Source: an uncultured Ignavibacteriales bacterium (GTDB lineage: Bacteria > Zixibacteria > MSB-5A5 > GN15 > JAAZOE01). Taken from it: DNA of 38,849 nucleotides. Of the stretch, positions 1-8,382 are shown one piece after another; position 1 is the first letter of the stretch; each line of letters opens with the position of its first letter. The translations under genes were made by a program, and so were the position numbers. The notes under the pieces are model-generated. The model saw nothing but the letters and a program-made list of their open reading frames with translations. It did no database searches and was not told where the DNA came from. The stretch lies in contig CAZSYD010000019.1 in assembly GCA_964611355.1 (NCBI GenBank), positions 1 through 38,849 on the forward strand, written 5' to 3'.

Positions 1-348
1 AGTCTGGGCCGTATCTCAGTCCCAGTGTGGCCGATCACCCTCTCAGGCCGGCTATCCATCGTCGCCTTGGCAGGCAGTTACCCCACCAACAAGCTAATGG
101 ACCGCGGGCTCATCCACCGGCGGCAGGTTACCCCGCCTTTGATCCCGCGAAGATGCCATCGCGGGATATCATCCGGTATTAGACCCAGTTTCCCAAGCTT
201 ATCCCGGACCGAAGGGCAGATTGCCCACGTGTTACTCACCCGTTCGCCACTTTACTCATCCAGCCGAAGCCGGACTTTCTCGTACGACTTGCATGTATTA
301 GACACGCCGCCAGCGTTCGTTCTGAGCCAGGATCAAACTCTCCGTTTA
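1..348 (-). rRNA. rrs: 16S rRNA gene, 5' portion (continues off the left edge)
   Basis: Reverse complement of 322-341 is AGAGTTTGATCCTGGCTCAG (27F site). It is followed by AACGAACGCTGGCGGCGTG, ACATGCAAGTCG, GGGTGAGTAACACGTG and ACTGGGACTGAGATACGGCCCAGACT. The 5' end is estimated from E. coli numbering. Confidence 0.98.
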
Positions 349-519
349 TTTCAAATCGTATATTTCCCGATTTGTAACAACGAAGCTGTCCTCTCTCGAA
401 GACGCTCACATGTTGTTCGATTCTCTCTTAAGAATTGCGGGTTAGATATTACCCTGCGGGTAATACCCAACACCATTTCAGCACATACGCGACCTGGCAC
501 GTGACACGTATTATTAATT

Positions 520-563
520 TTTCAAAGAGCAGACGAAAAAACTGCCGACGACACACATCGGCA
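520..563 (-). promoter_or_regulatory. rrn leader antitermination elements: boxB hairpin and boxA
   Basis: Minus strand reads TGCCGA-N9-TCGGCA (hairpin, 543-563) followed by TGCTCTTTGAAA (520-531), close to the boxA consensus TGCTCTTTAACA. Confidence 0.8.
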
Positions 564-569
564 AATTAA

Positions 570-598
570 AATATAAAATCTTTTGAGCAGGATGTCAA
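570..598 (-). promoter_or_regulatory. sigma70 promoter (rrn P2-like)
   Basis: TTGACA-N17-TATATT on the minus strand, immediately upstream of boxB/boxA. Confidence 0.8.
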
Positions 599-669
599 GT
601 AAAATAACTCAAACAAACGCCTGACTGCCCAAAATCCAACCGGTTTCAAGCGAAACCCGCCAATCTCAA

Positions 670-696
670 CTATCGGCAGACGACTATAATACTTTA
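670..696 (-). promoter_or_regulatory. sigma28 (FliA/WhiG)-like promoter overlapping rrn P1
   Basis: TAAAGTAT-N11-GCCGATAG versus the FliA consensus TAAAGTTT-N11-GCCGATAA. Confidence 0.45.
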
Positions 697-711
697 TATT
701 GATGATGTCAA
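683..711 (-). promoter_or_regulatory. sigma70 promoter (rrn P1-like) with AT-rich UP-like region at 712-752
   Basis: TTGACA-N17-TATAGT on the minus strand, 113 bp upstream of P2; tandem promoters are typical of rrn operons. Confidence 0.8.
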
Positions 712-859
712 GAAATTAAATATATAAATATAATTACAGATTTTTCGTTTTTTTGCCACCCCCTCCGTTCTCTAAGCTAATTTGGCATATTATTGATTCC
801 GTCAACTCGTCGCGTATCATGCAGGAAAGTAAGAGCAACTCATTTTTGAGGTGACCGGG

Positions 860-2458
860 TTATTTCCAGAAGGAAGGCCGGAAAACGATCAGAATGGTAA
901 AAACCTCCAATCGGCCAAGCAACATACAGGCGATCAACACCCATTTTCCGGGGATCGGTATCCAGCCGTAATGTTCGATTGAACCGACACCGTTCAAACC
1001 CGGGCCGATATTATTGATGCAGGCGGCGGTTGAAGCAAAAGCGGTTACCAGGTCGGGAACAAACAGGGTCATCAAAAACGACCCCGACACAAATAAAAGC
1101 ATAAACAGGATAAAGTAAGCTACAATATTGATAATCTTATCTTCCTCAACCGTTATACTGCCTACCCTGAGAGGTGCAATCAGTTTGGGCCGGGTAAGCC
1201 GGCGCAATTCCCGCCAGCCGGTTTTAATCAAGACAATGATACGAATCTGTTTGATACCCCCACCCGTCGAACCGGCGCAGCCGCCGAAAAACATCAACGT
1301 CAAAAGCAGTATCCGTGCCGCGTCGGGCCAGAGATCGAAATCTGCCGTGCCATAACCGGTTGTAGTCGTAATTGCCACGGTTTGAAAAAGAGAATGGCGG
1401 ATACAATCGCGCATATTTTCGAATTTGGATGATTCCCCGGCAACATACCGGTCAAAGTCCTCAATCTGGATTTTATTATGCCGATGGTGCGCATACGCTT
1501 CCTCCGTAGGTTTCAAACCTCCACCGTAAAGGAGAATCGCGAAGAAAACCGCAACAATCAGGATAAGACCGGTATAAAATAGAAATTCGCGATTAATGAC
1601 CGCCTTCCGCCACTTACCTCGCAGAACGTTAAAATGAAGCAGGAAATTAACGCCGGCCAGGTACATAAAAATTATAACCACCCATTCGAAATAGGCCGAG
1701 CCGTACGACCCTATGGAACCATTTTTGGTCGAAAAGCCGCCGGTCGCCATAGTACCGAAAGTATGGCAAAGCGCGTCAAAAAGGGGCATCCCGCCCAGGA
1801 GAAAGAGAACCGTTTCTATTCCGGATAAAAGAGCATAGACGCCCCATAGAATAGCGGCCGTTTGAGCCAGGCGGGGACGCAGGCGATCGGCGGTCGGGCC
1901 GGGGATCTCGCCGCGAAACATCTTATAGCCGGAAACGCCCATAGCGGGGAAAATGGCCAACGCTAATGTGATTATTCCCATACCGCCAAGCCAGTGCGTC
2001 AGGCTGCGCCAGAAAAGAAGCGAATCCGGAATGGTCTCCACGTCGGGAAGAATGGTCGCACCGGTTGTAGTAAAACCGGACATGATTTCAAAAAAGCCAT
2101 TCGTAAAGCAAAGCAGGATAGTCCCCGCATCACGGCTGGCGCTCTGCGAGATAAAGTAAAAGACAAAAGGAATACTTCCGATCAGGGCAAATACAATCCA
2201 GGCGAAGGCCACAATGGCATACCCTTCCCTGATCCCCTGATTATCGCGATCAGCACGATAAATAAGCGAAATAACGGTTCCGGCTAAAAAGCAGATAACA
2301 ATAGCCAGAATAAACCCTATCGCCTCAGGATACAACCATATCGTCGAAAACGAGAATTCCTCAAGATCGCATATGGCAATCCCCAGCGGGACGCAGAGAA
2401 CGACGCTCATGAGCTGCATCATCTTGCCGATGGCATAAGCAACCGCTCTTCCGTTCAT
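860..2458 (-). CDS. trkH: Trk-type K+ uptake membrane protein TrkH (532 aa)
   Basis: Multi-TM protein with pore-loop motifs SGFTTTGAT, TMATGGFS, ITTTGYG and INNIGPG, plus GSTGGGIK and MLLGRLEV; adjacent to trkA. Confidence 0.95.
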   Translation of the reverse strand: MNGRAVAYAIGKMMQLMSVVLCVPLGIAICDLEEFSFSTIWLYPEAIGFILAIVICFLAGTVISLIYRADRDNQGIREGYAIVAFAWIVFALIGSIPFVFYFISQSASRDAGTILLCFTNGFFEIMSGFTTTGATILPDVETIPDSLLFWRSLTHWLGGMGIITLALAIFPAMGVSGYKMFRGEIPGPTADRLRPRLAQTAAILWGVYALLSGIETVLFLLGGMPLFDALCHTFGTMATGGFSTKNGSIGSYGSAYFEWVVIIFMYLAGVNFLLHFNVLRGKWRKAVINREFLFYTGLILIVAVFFAILLYGGGLKPTEEAYAHHRHNKIQIEDFDRYVAGESSKFENMRDCIRHSLFQTVAITTTTGYGTADFDLWPDAARILLLTLMFFGGCAGSTGGGIKQIRIIVLIKTGWRELRRLTRPKLIAPLRVGSITVEEDKIINIVAYFILFMLLFVSGSFLMTLFVPDLVTAFASTAACINNIGPGLNGVGSIEHYGWIPIPGKWVLIACMLLGRLEVFTILIVFRPSFWK

Positions 2459-2485
2459 ATAATCAACCTGCCTGCAGTATTATGA

Positions 2486-3838
2486 TTATAGCTTGAACAG
2501 CTTCTGAACCTGGGGAAGGAACTTTGTATAGGCGATAGTGATAACATGATCATCGGGTTCGAAAGTCGTTTCCCCGTCGGGAATAATCATCTTGTCTCCC
2601 CTAACTATAATACCGATGAGCGCCCCTTTTCTGATTTTTTTCCATAGTTTCCTAAGCGGCACACCAATGATATTCGGACTATCCGGGACGATTAACCGGA
2701 TTGCTTCAACTTCGGCGTCGCCCAGCCGTACCACGGAGCCGAAATGCCCCCGGCTGATAATCTGCATAATCTCCCGGGCCGCCGTTATCCGTGGATTGAT
2801 TACGTGATCTATGCCGATGGAATGAAACAGTTGATCATGCCGGAATTCGGTCGATACGGCAATTACCTCGCGAGCGCCTTCCGATTTAGCCAAAAGGGCC
2901 GAGAGCATATTGTAATCAGCCTCGTTGGAAGAGGCGATAAAGAAATCAGCCCTGTTAATATCGACTTCTCTCAAGGTATCAATCTCGGTACAATCGCCGT
3001 GAACCACCTCCGCCTTATCCAATGTTACGGCCATTTCCTCGGCATGAACTCGATTCGGATCAACGTAAATAACCGAGGGGATATGTCCCTGAAGGGTGGA
3101 ACCCAGCTCCATTGAGGAAAGGTTGTTCCCAGTCATAACCACCCGTTTAACCGATGATCGGCCGCTGTTGACCAGCTTCATAAACGACGGAATGGCTGAC
3201 CTGGGGAATAAACTGAAGACCTTGTCTCCCTCCTCAATGACAAAATCACCCGGCGGAATTATCCCCCTTCCATCGCGCAGCACGGCCGCCACAAGGAATA
3301 CGCCCGATTCGAAAATGCTCTTGAGCTCAATCAGCGATTTGCCCACCATCGTCATCCCTTTTCTTATTCGGTAACCGCGCATTAAGATATTGCCGTCCTC
3401 GAAATTAACCGCGTCGGACGCCCCGGGAGTTTCTATATACTGCAAGATGGCGTCAACCATTACTTTTTCGGGGAAGATGAAGCTGGTCACGCCAAGACCC
3501 ATAAGGTTAACGCGGCGATCAGGCGACATAAAATCGCGGCTGCGAAGACGCGCAATTCGTTGACGAACATTATATTGTCGGGCGATACTGCAGACGAGGA
3601 GATTGATCTCATCGACCGGCGTTACGCCTATGACCATATCGGCGTCCCTGATACCCGCATCCTCAAGCACAGACGGTGACGACCCGGAACCAACCAGCAC
3701 CTGCAGGTCCATTTTTTCAGCCAAGGCCTCGGCCACAACATGGTCCTGCTCGATCAGTGAGATGCTGTGCTTTTCGTACAACAATTGCTGGGCCAAACTG
3801 TAACCTACAATGCCGCCCCCGACAATTACAATTCTCAC
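2486..3838 (-). CDS. trkA: Trk K+ uptake regulatory subunit TrkA (two RCK domains, about 450 aa)
   Basis: N-terminal IVIVGGGIVG Rossmann motif, DEINL, and a duplicated RCK architecture. Start moved to the GTG at 3838, which has a GAGGA SD; the ORF track starts at 3856. Confidence 0.93.
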   Translation of the reverse strand: MRIVIVGGGIVGYSLAQQLLYEKHSISLIEQDHVVAEALAEKMDLQVLVGSGSSPSVLEDAGIRDADMVIGVTPVDEINLLVCSIARQYNVRQRIARLRSRDFMSPDRRVNLMGLGVTSFIFPEKVMVDAILQYIETPGASDAVNFEDGNILMRGYRIRKGMTMVGKSLIELKSIFESGVFLVAAVLRDGRGIIPPGDFVIEEGDKVFSLFPRSAIPSFMKLVNSGRSSVKRVVMTGNNLSSMELGSTLQGHIPSVIYVDPNRVHAEEMAVTLDKAEVVHGDCTEIDTLREVDINRADFFIASSNEADYNMLSALLAKSEGAREVIAVSTEFRHDQLFHSIGIDHVINPRITAAREIMQIISRGHFGSVVRLGDAEVEAIRLIVPDSPNIIGVPLRKLWKKIRKGALIGIIVRGDKMIIPDGETTFEPDDHVITIAYTKFLPQVQKLFKL

Positions 3839-4326
3839 TTCAATCCTCTGTAACAATAAGAGAACGCCTTTTGTGACAGAGCGAATATCACCTTAAGCGA
3901 TTCCCCTGACTAAAAAAATCGGCCTCCCCGGCCGGAATAATACGTTACCTAAAATTATCGACACAATAGAATTAATTTACTGCCTGATTCATTGTCAAGT
4001 GTAAACCGAACCATATTGCCGCGTAAAAATCATAATAGTCTGAAAGACAACATGTTAGGTTGCGTGGCCGAATGTAACCGTATATGGTATGGAAAGTTAT
4101 AGAACAGCCGGACTTCAGGGACACTAATAACCTTGAACGTTTGCTCCTATACGTCGGGGGCCATCCGCCATACGATATTCAACAAATAACCGAAAGAATT
4201 ATGGCAAAAAGCAAGTTCTTTCCCAGGCCACACGGCCTTAACCTTCGGAGTTTTCTGAACTTAGGATACTTTTGTTCAATACCTGAACACTTTAAGTATG
4301 CGCATCATTTCGTTGGTACATAATAG

Positions 4327-4426
4327 NNNNNNNNNNNNNNNNNNNNNNNNNNNNNNNNNNNNNNNNNNNNNNNNNNNNNNNNNNNNNNNNNNNNNNNNNN
4401 NNNNNNNNNNNNNNNNNNNNNNNNNN
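4327..4426. other. Assembly gap (100 N, true length unknown)
   Basis: Run of exactly 100 N. Confidence 1.
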
Positions 4427-4427
4427 T

Positions 4428-4508
4428 ATTCCCGAGCCGGCCACGATGGTTCTGGTTGGTCTTGGTCTTCTCGGTATGGGTGCGAAACTGCGTAAGCGCA
4501 GCAAGTAA
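4428..4508 (+). CDS. 3' end of a PEP-CTERM sorting-domain protein (body lost in the gap)
   Basis: Manual translation gives IPEPATMVLVGLGLLGMGAKLRKRSK*: PEP motif, then a hydrophobic helix, then a basic tail, followed by a terminator. Confidence 0.92.
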   Translation: MPEPATMVLVGLGLLGMGAKLRKRSK

Positions 4509-4537
4509 ATTTCGATTGCAATTAAGACTTAAAATAG

Positions 4538-4567
4538 AAAAGGGCGTCATTATGACGCCCTTTTTTT
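4538..4567. terminator. Bidirectional intrinsic terminator between the PEP-CTERM gene and dnaJ
   Basis: AAAAGGGCGTCAT-T-ATGACGCCCTTTTTTT; perfect stem with A/T tracts on both sides, between convergent genes. Confidence 0.9.
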
Positions 4568-4640
4568 ATTTACCTTTAATCTATTTTTAACCCTCTGATT
4601 TTCTCACTATCGAATCCTTCGAAGATGAAAGGCTAATACT

Positions 4641-5789
4641 TTACGTTACCTTCTCCCCCGCCTTCTCGAATTCTTGTAGTAGTTCTTTCTGCCTTTCGGT
4701 CAGGCTGGTCGGGACTACGACATTAACAGTAACCATCAGGTCGCCGGTCTTGTCGCTGACGGTCAGGCCTGCGCTTTTCAGACGCATTACCGTCCCCGGC
4801 TGCGTGCCGGGCGGAATAGTCAACATTACTCTTTTTGTCAAAGTCTTGACCGGCGCTTTGACGCCCAAAGCCGCCTGCGGGAAACTTACATCAACCGACG
4901 TATGAATATCGTTGCCTTCACGTTTGAACTGCTGATCCTGCATAACTATCACCTTTACGATTAGATCGCCCTTCGGCCCGCCGTTTCTTCCCGGATAACC
5001 GAGACCTCTCAACCTGATCGTTTCGCCGTTTTCAATCCCGGGCGGAATTTTGACAGCGATTGTCTTTTTCTTTTTGGTCGCGCCGGAGCCCCGGCATACG
5101 GGGCATTCCTGCCCCGGCAGAACCCCGCGCCCCAGGCAGGACGGGCACGGCCTTGATATTGAAAAGCCACCCTGAACATTGGCGATATGCCCCGTCCCGT
5201 TGCATCGCGGACAGACCCGTTGTCCAGCGCCTTTGACCGTCCCGGTACCGCCACATTCAACACACCTTTCGGGAACCGAAAGACGAATCTTTTTGGTAAC
5301 TCCGCTGGCCGCCTGGGGTAGAGTAACTTTGATTTCGGCCTTTAGATTGGTTCCCTTTTGCCGTCCGGCCCGCTGTCGGAAAGGTCTCGTCCGTGTTCGG
5401 GTTCTCAGATTATCGCCAAAGAGCGAACTGAAAATATCACCCAGACCGCCGCCGAAGAGATCATCCATATTAAAGCGGCCGCCGAACACCTGCGAGAAAT
5501 CAGCGTCAGTATAGAACTTGCCGCCGCCGGGATAATCGCCCGCCCCCGGAAATCCCTGCCTGCCGTTGAAGCCTCCGAACCGGCGCATTGTATCGTACTG
5601 CTGACGTTTCTTATCATCCCCCAGGACGTCGTAGGCTTCGGATATATCCTTGAATTTCTCCTCAGCCGCCTTGTCGCCCCTGTTAAGATCAGGATGATAC
5701 TTCTTGGCCAGCTTACGGTATTTTTTCTTTATCTCGTCTTTGCCGGTTTTTTCATCAACGCCAAGAACCTTGTAATAATCTCCGGCCAT
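4641..5789 (-). CDS. dnaJ: Chaperone DnaJ (class A)
   Basis: J domain with HPD, G/F-rich linker, four CxxCxGxG repeats and a C-terminal domain; AAGGAG SD. Confidence 0.97.
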   Translation of the reverse strand: MAGDYYKVLGVDEKTGKDEIKKKYRKLAKKYHPDLNRGDKAAEEKFKDISEAYDVLGDDKKRQQYDTMRRFGGFNGRQGFPGAGDYPGGGKFYTDADFSQVFGGRFNMDDLFGGGLGDIFSSLFGDNLRTRTRTRPFRQRAGRQKGTNLKAEIKVTLPQAASGVTKKIRLSVPERCVECGGTGTVKGAGQRVCPRCNGTGHIANVQGGFSISRPCPSCLGRGVLPGQECPVCRGSGATKKKKTIAVKIPPGIENGETIRLRGLGYPGRNGGPKGDLIVKVIVMQDQQFKREGNDIHTSVDVSFPQAALGVKAPVKTLTKRVMLTIPPGTQPGTVMRLKSAGLTVSDKTGDLMVTVNVVVPTSLTERQKELLQEFEKAGEKVT

Positions 5790-5896
5790 CTATAAATCGC
5801 TCTCCTTAGCCGCCAACTCTAACTATTACAGCCAAATGAAGATTGTCCACTCTCAGTCCCTAATACAATCAGCCCTTTACTCAGACGCCATATTTT

Positions 5897-5925
5897 ATTT
5901 TATACGCCAATTGCCGCCTCGTCAA
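5897..5925 (-). promoter_or_regulatory. sigma70 promoter for dnaJ
   Basis: TTGACG-N17-TAAAAT about 110 bp upstream of the dnaJ ATG. Confidence 0.6.
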
Positions 5926-6000
5926 CCATTCTTATTAAGAATGGAACCTCACGACCCTCGATATTGTTGATACATGACGAAATTGAATTGGATGGGCCTT

Positions 6001-6037
6001 GAGATTGCCACGGTCGGCGAGGCGACCTCGCAATGAC
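6001..6037. repeat. REP-like palindromic element (half copy of a GTCATTGCGAG-type repeat)
   Basis: GAGATTGCCACGGTCGGCGAGGCGACCTCGCAATGAC in the dnaK-dnaJ spacer; resembles the GATTGC...CTCGCAATGAC arm of dispersed bacterial repeats. Only one copy was seen in the window. Confidence 0.5.
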
Positions 6038-6092
6038 GGCGATTCGATATTGTCATCAGTCCGGAGAATTTGCAGTCCCCCGGCTTTCATCC

Positions 6093-8000
6093 CTATTCGT
6101 CGACCACTTCATAGTCGGCGTCAACCGATTCCTGAGAAGTCGATCCTTCGGGCTCAGAATGATTTTCAGGACCGGCTTGAGGACCAGCTCCGGCAGATTG
6201 AGATTGCTGCTGATAGATCTTCTGCGACGCAGCGTGCCAGGCGGCAGTCAGATCATCGGCAGCCGACTTGATCTCATCCGTATTGTCGCCTTTAAGGGCT
6301 TCCCTGACGCGCTCAATGGCCGCCTCTATTTTGGCTCTGGTCTCGTTGTCAAGTTTGCCTTCCGTCTCTTTGAGATTTTTCTCGCCCATGAAGATTGCCT
6401 GGTCAGCCTGGTTTCGGATTTCGACCTTCTTACCGCGTTCTTCATCTTCGGCCTTATGAAATTCGGCGTCTTTGATCATCTTCTGAATATCCGCCTCTGA
6501 CAAACCCGATGAAGCTTCAATCCGCACCGACTGCTTCCTGCCGGTTGCCTTATCAGACGCCGAGACATCGAGGATGCCGTCGGCATTGATATCAAAGGTT
6601 ACCTCAATTTGCGGCATACCGCGCGGCGCCGGAGGTATCCCGTCGAGATGGAAACGGCCAATGGCTTTGTTATCAATTGCCATCTTCCGCTCACCCTGCA
6701 GAACATGAATCTCAACTGTTGTCTGGTTATTCTCGGCGGTCGAGAATACCTGCGATTTGCGCGTAGGAACGGTAGTATTGCGTTCGATTATGGCCGTACT
6801 GACGCCGCCAAGAGTTTCAATCCCGAGTGTAAGCGGGGTCACGTCAAGCAGAACCATCTCCCCAACATCACCGGCCAGCACGCCGGCCTGGATGGCCGCG
6901 CCGACGGCCACAACCTCATCCGGATTGACGTTCTTGCTTGGTTCTTTACCGAACAGCTTTCTAACCGTTTCACTCACCTTCGGCATTCGGGTCATACCGC
7001 CCACAAGGACAACCTCATCAATATCGGCAAAGCTTAGTTTGGCGTCTTCAATCGACTGGCGCACCGGCCCGATAGCCCGGTCAATCAGATCGTCCGTTAA
7101 TTGTTCGAATTTGGCCCGGCTAAGAGTTACACTAAGGTGCTTTGGGCCGCTGGAATCGGCCGTGATAAACGGCAGATTTATATCAGTTTCCAGAGTCGAA
7201 GAAAGCTCGATCTTGGCTTTTTCGGCGGCTTCTTTCAATCGCTGAAGAGCCATCGAGTCTTTCGAAAGGTCAATGCCGTTGTTTTTCTTGAATTCGTCCA
7301 CAAGCCAGTCGATAACCCGTTTATCGAAATCGTCGCCACCCAGGTGCGTGTCTCCGTTGGTGGAAAGAACTTCAAAGACTCCGTCAAAAAGCTCCAGAAT
7401 CGAGATATCAAAAGTGCCGCCACCCAGGTCAAAGACGGCGATTTTTCCGGTCTTCTTTTTATCAAGTCCGTAAGCCAGCGCCGCCGCAGTCGGTTCGTTG
7501 ATAATTCTCTTAACCTCAAGCCCAGCGATTCGCCCCGCGTCTTTGGTCGCCTGTCGCTGGCGGTCGTTGAAATAGGCCGGCACCGTGATAACCGCGTCTT
7601 TTACTTCATGGCCAAGATACGTTTCGGCCGCCTTTTTGAGATACGAAAGAATCATGGCCGAAATCTGCGGTGGAGCATACTCCCTGCCATTCATTATCAC
7701 GCGCGGTTCGCCTTCAGAATTCCTGACAACTTTGTAAGGGAAATTTTTCATCTCTTCGGTTACTTCCCCGTATGTTCGGCCCATCAAACGCTTGACTGAA
7801 AAGACGGTATTATCCGGATTAGTCACCGCCTGCCGTTTGGCTACCGCACCGACCAGCCGTTCGCCATTTTTATCCATAGCTACCACCGAAGGCGTTGTCC
7901 GTCCGCCTTCCGGGTTGTTGAGCACTTTTGGTTCCCGCCCTTCAATTACGGCAAGGCAGGAATTAGTGGTGCCAAGATCTATACCTATAATTTTACTCAT
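6093..8000 (-). CDS. dnaK: Chaperone DnaK (Hsp70)
   Basis: [52 protein letters not shown] and C-terminal DADYEVVDE. Confidence 0.99.
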   Translation of the reverse strand: MSKIIGIDLGTTNSCLAVIEGREPKVLNNPEGGRTTPSVVAMDKNGERLVGAVAKRQAVTNPDNTVFSVKRLMGRTYGEVTEEMKNFPYKVVRNSEGEPRVIMNGREYAPPQISAMILSYLKKAAETYLGHEVKDAVITVPAYFNDRQRQATKDAGRIAGLEVKRIINEPTAAALAYGLDKKKTGKIAVFDLGGGTFDISILELFDGVFEVLSTNGDTHLGGDDFDKRVIDWLVDEFKKNNGIDLSKDSMALQRLKEAAEKAKIELSSTLETDINLPFITADSSGPKHLSVTLSRAKFEQLTDDLIDRAIGPVRQSIEDAKLSFADIDEVVLVGGMTRMPKVSETVRKLFGKEPSKNVNPDEVVAVGAAIQAGVLAGDVGEMVLLDVTPLTLGIETLGGVSTAIIERNTTVPTRKSQVFSTAENNQTTVEIHVLQGERKMAIDNKAIGRFHLDGIPPAPRGMPQIEVTFDINADGILDVSASDKATGRKQSVRIEASSGLSEADIQKMIKDAEFHKAEDEERGKKVEIRNQADQAIFMGEKNLKETEGKLDNETRAKIEAAIERVREALKGDNTDEIKSAADDLTAAWHAASQKIYQQQSQSAGAGPQAGPENHSEPEGSTSQESVDADYEVVDE

Positions 8001-8084
8001 TAGTTATTTCTCCTTTTTGTAGTAAGGGCTCCGGCTACAAAGCCGAAACCAATTCACTGTCCGGTAAGGTATTGAGGCCTGCGT

Positions 8085-8191
8085 TTATTTAACTTTGACC
8101 TCAATCTCCTTTGGCCTGGTTTCCTCTTTTGCGGGAAGGAAAACCTGAGGGATGCCGTCTCTGTAATCGGAATACACGACATAAATCTCGT
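8085..8191 (-). pseudogene. Hsp20/alpha-crystallin small heat-shock protein relic (internal deletion, start apparently lost)
   Basis: The frame ending at 8085 reads SDYRDGIPQVFLPAKEETRPKEIEVKVK*, an Hsp20 C-terminus (YxDGIL..LPK...IxV). An AAGGAG SD at 8198-8203 is followed at normal spacing by ACG rather than ATG, in a different frame. Confidence 0.8.
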
Positions 8192-8236
8192 TTTTATCTC
8201 CTTTCTTTTGTTTATTTATTATCTATCAGGATTTAT

Positions 8237-8253
8237 ATCAAAGTGTATGCCAA
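8237..8253 (-). promoter_or_regulatory. sigma54 (-24/-12)-type promoter for hsp20 relic-dnaK
   Basis: TTGGCATACACTTTGAT: GG at -24 with correct spacing, but TTGA in place of TTGC at -12. Confidence 0.6.
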
Positions 8254-8317
8254 AAACCATAACTAACAGGGACACTGTTAGTTAGGAAAATGCGATAAAA
8301 GATGGCTGGGGATTGTG

Positions 8318-8381
8318 AGTCGCTATGGCAGTCTTATACGCCAATATGGCGCACTTTTATTACAATTATGTCAATATGACA
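8318..8381. promoter_or_regulatory. Three related 13-bp palindromes (candidate activator binding sites)
   Basis: AGTCGCTATGGCA (8318-8330), CGCCAATATGGCG (8339-8351) and TGTCAATATGACA (8369-8381); consensus YGYCA-N3-TGRCR. Confidence 0.55.
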
Positions 8382-8382
8382 G

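Noticed and set aside
25..504. 159-aa plus-strand ORF
   Set aside because: It is antisense to the 16S rRNA and its leader, a typical spurious ORF.
4313..4326. TTGGTACATAATAG as the sigma54 promoter of the PEP-CTERM gene
   Set aside because: The -24 half is plausible, but the bases before -12 are AG rather than TT, and the -12 position falls inside the N gap, so it cannot be supported.
4084..4550. ORF-track ORFs beside or spanning the gap
   Set aside because: They have no recognisable motifs, and those crossing the Ns are artefacts of the gap.
5999..7799. Long plus-strand ORFs opposite dnaK (and similar antisense ORFs opposite other genes)
   Set aside because: These are shadow ORFs produced by the codon bias of well-supported genes; none has recognisable motifs.
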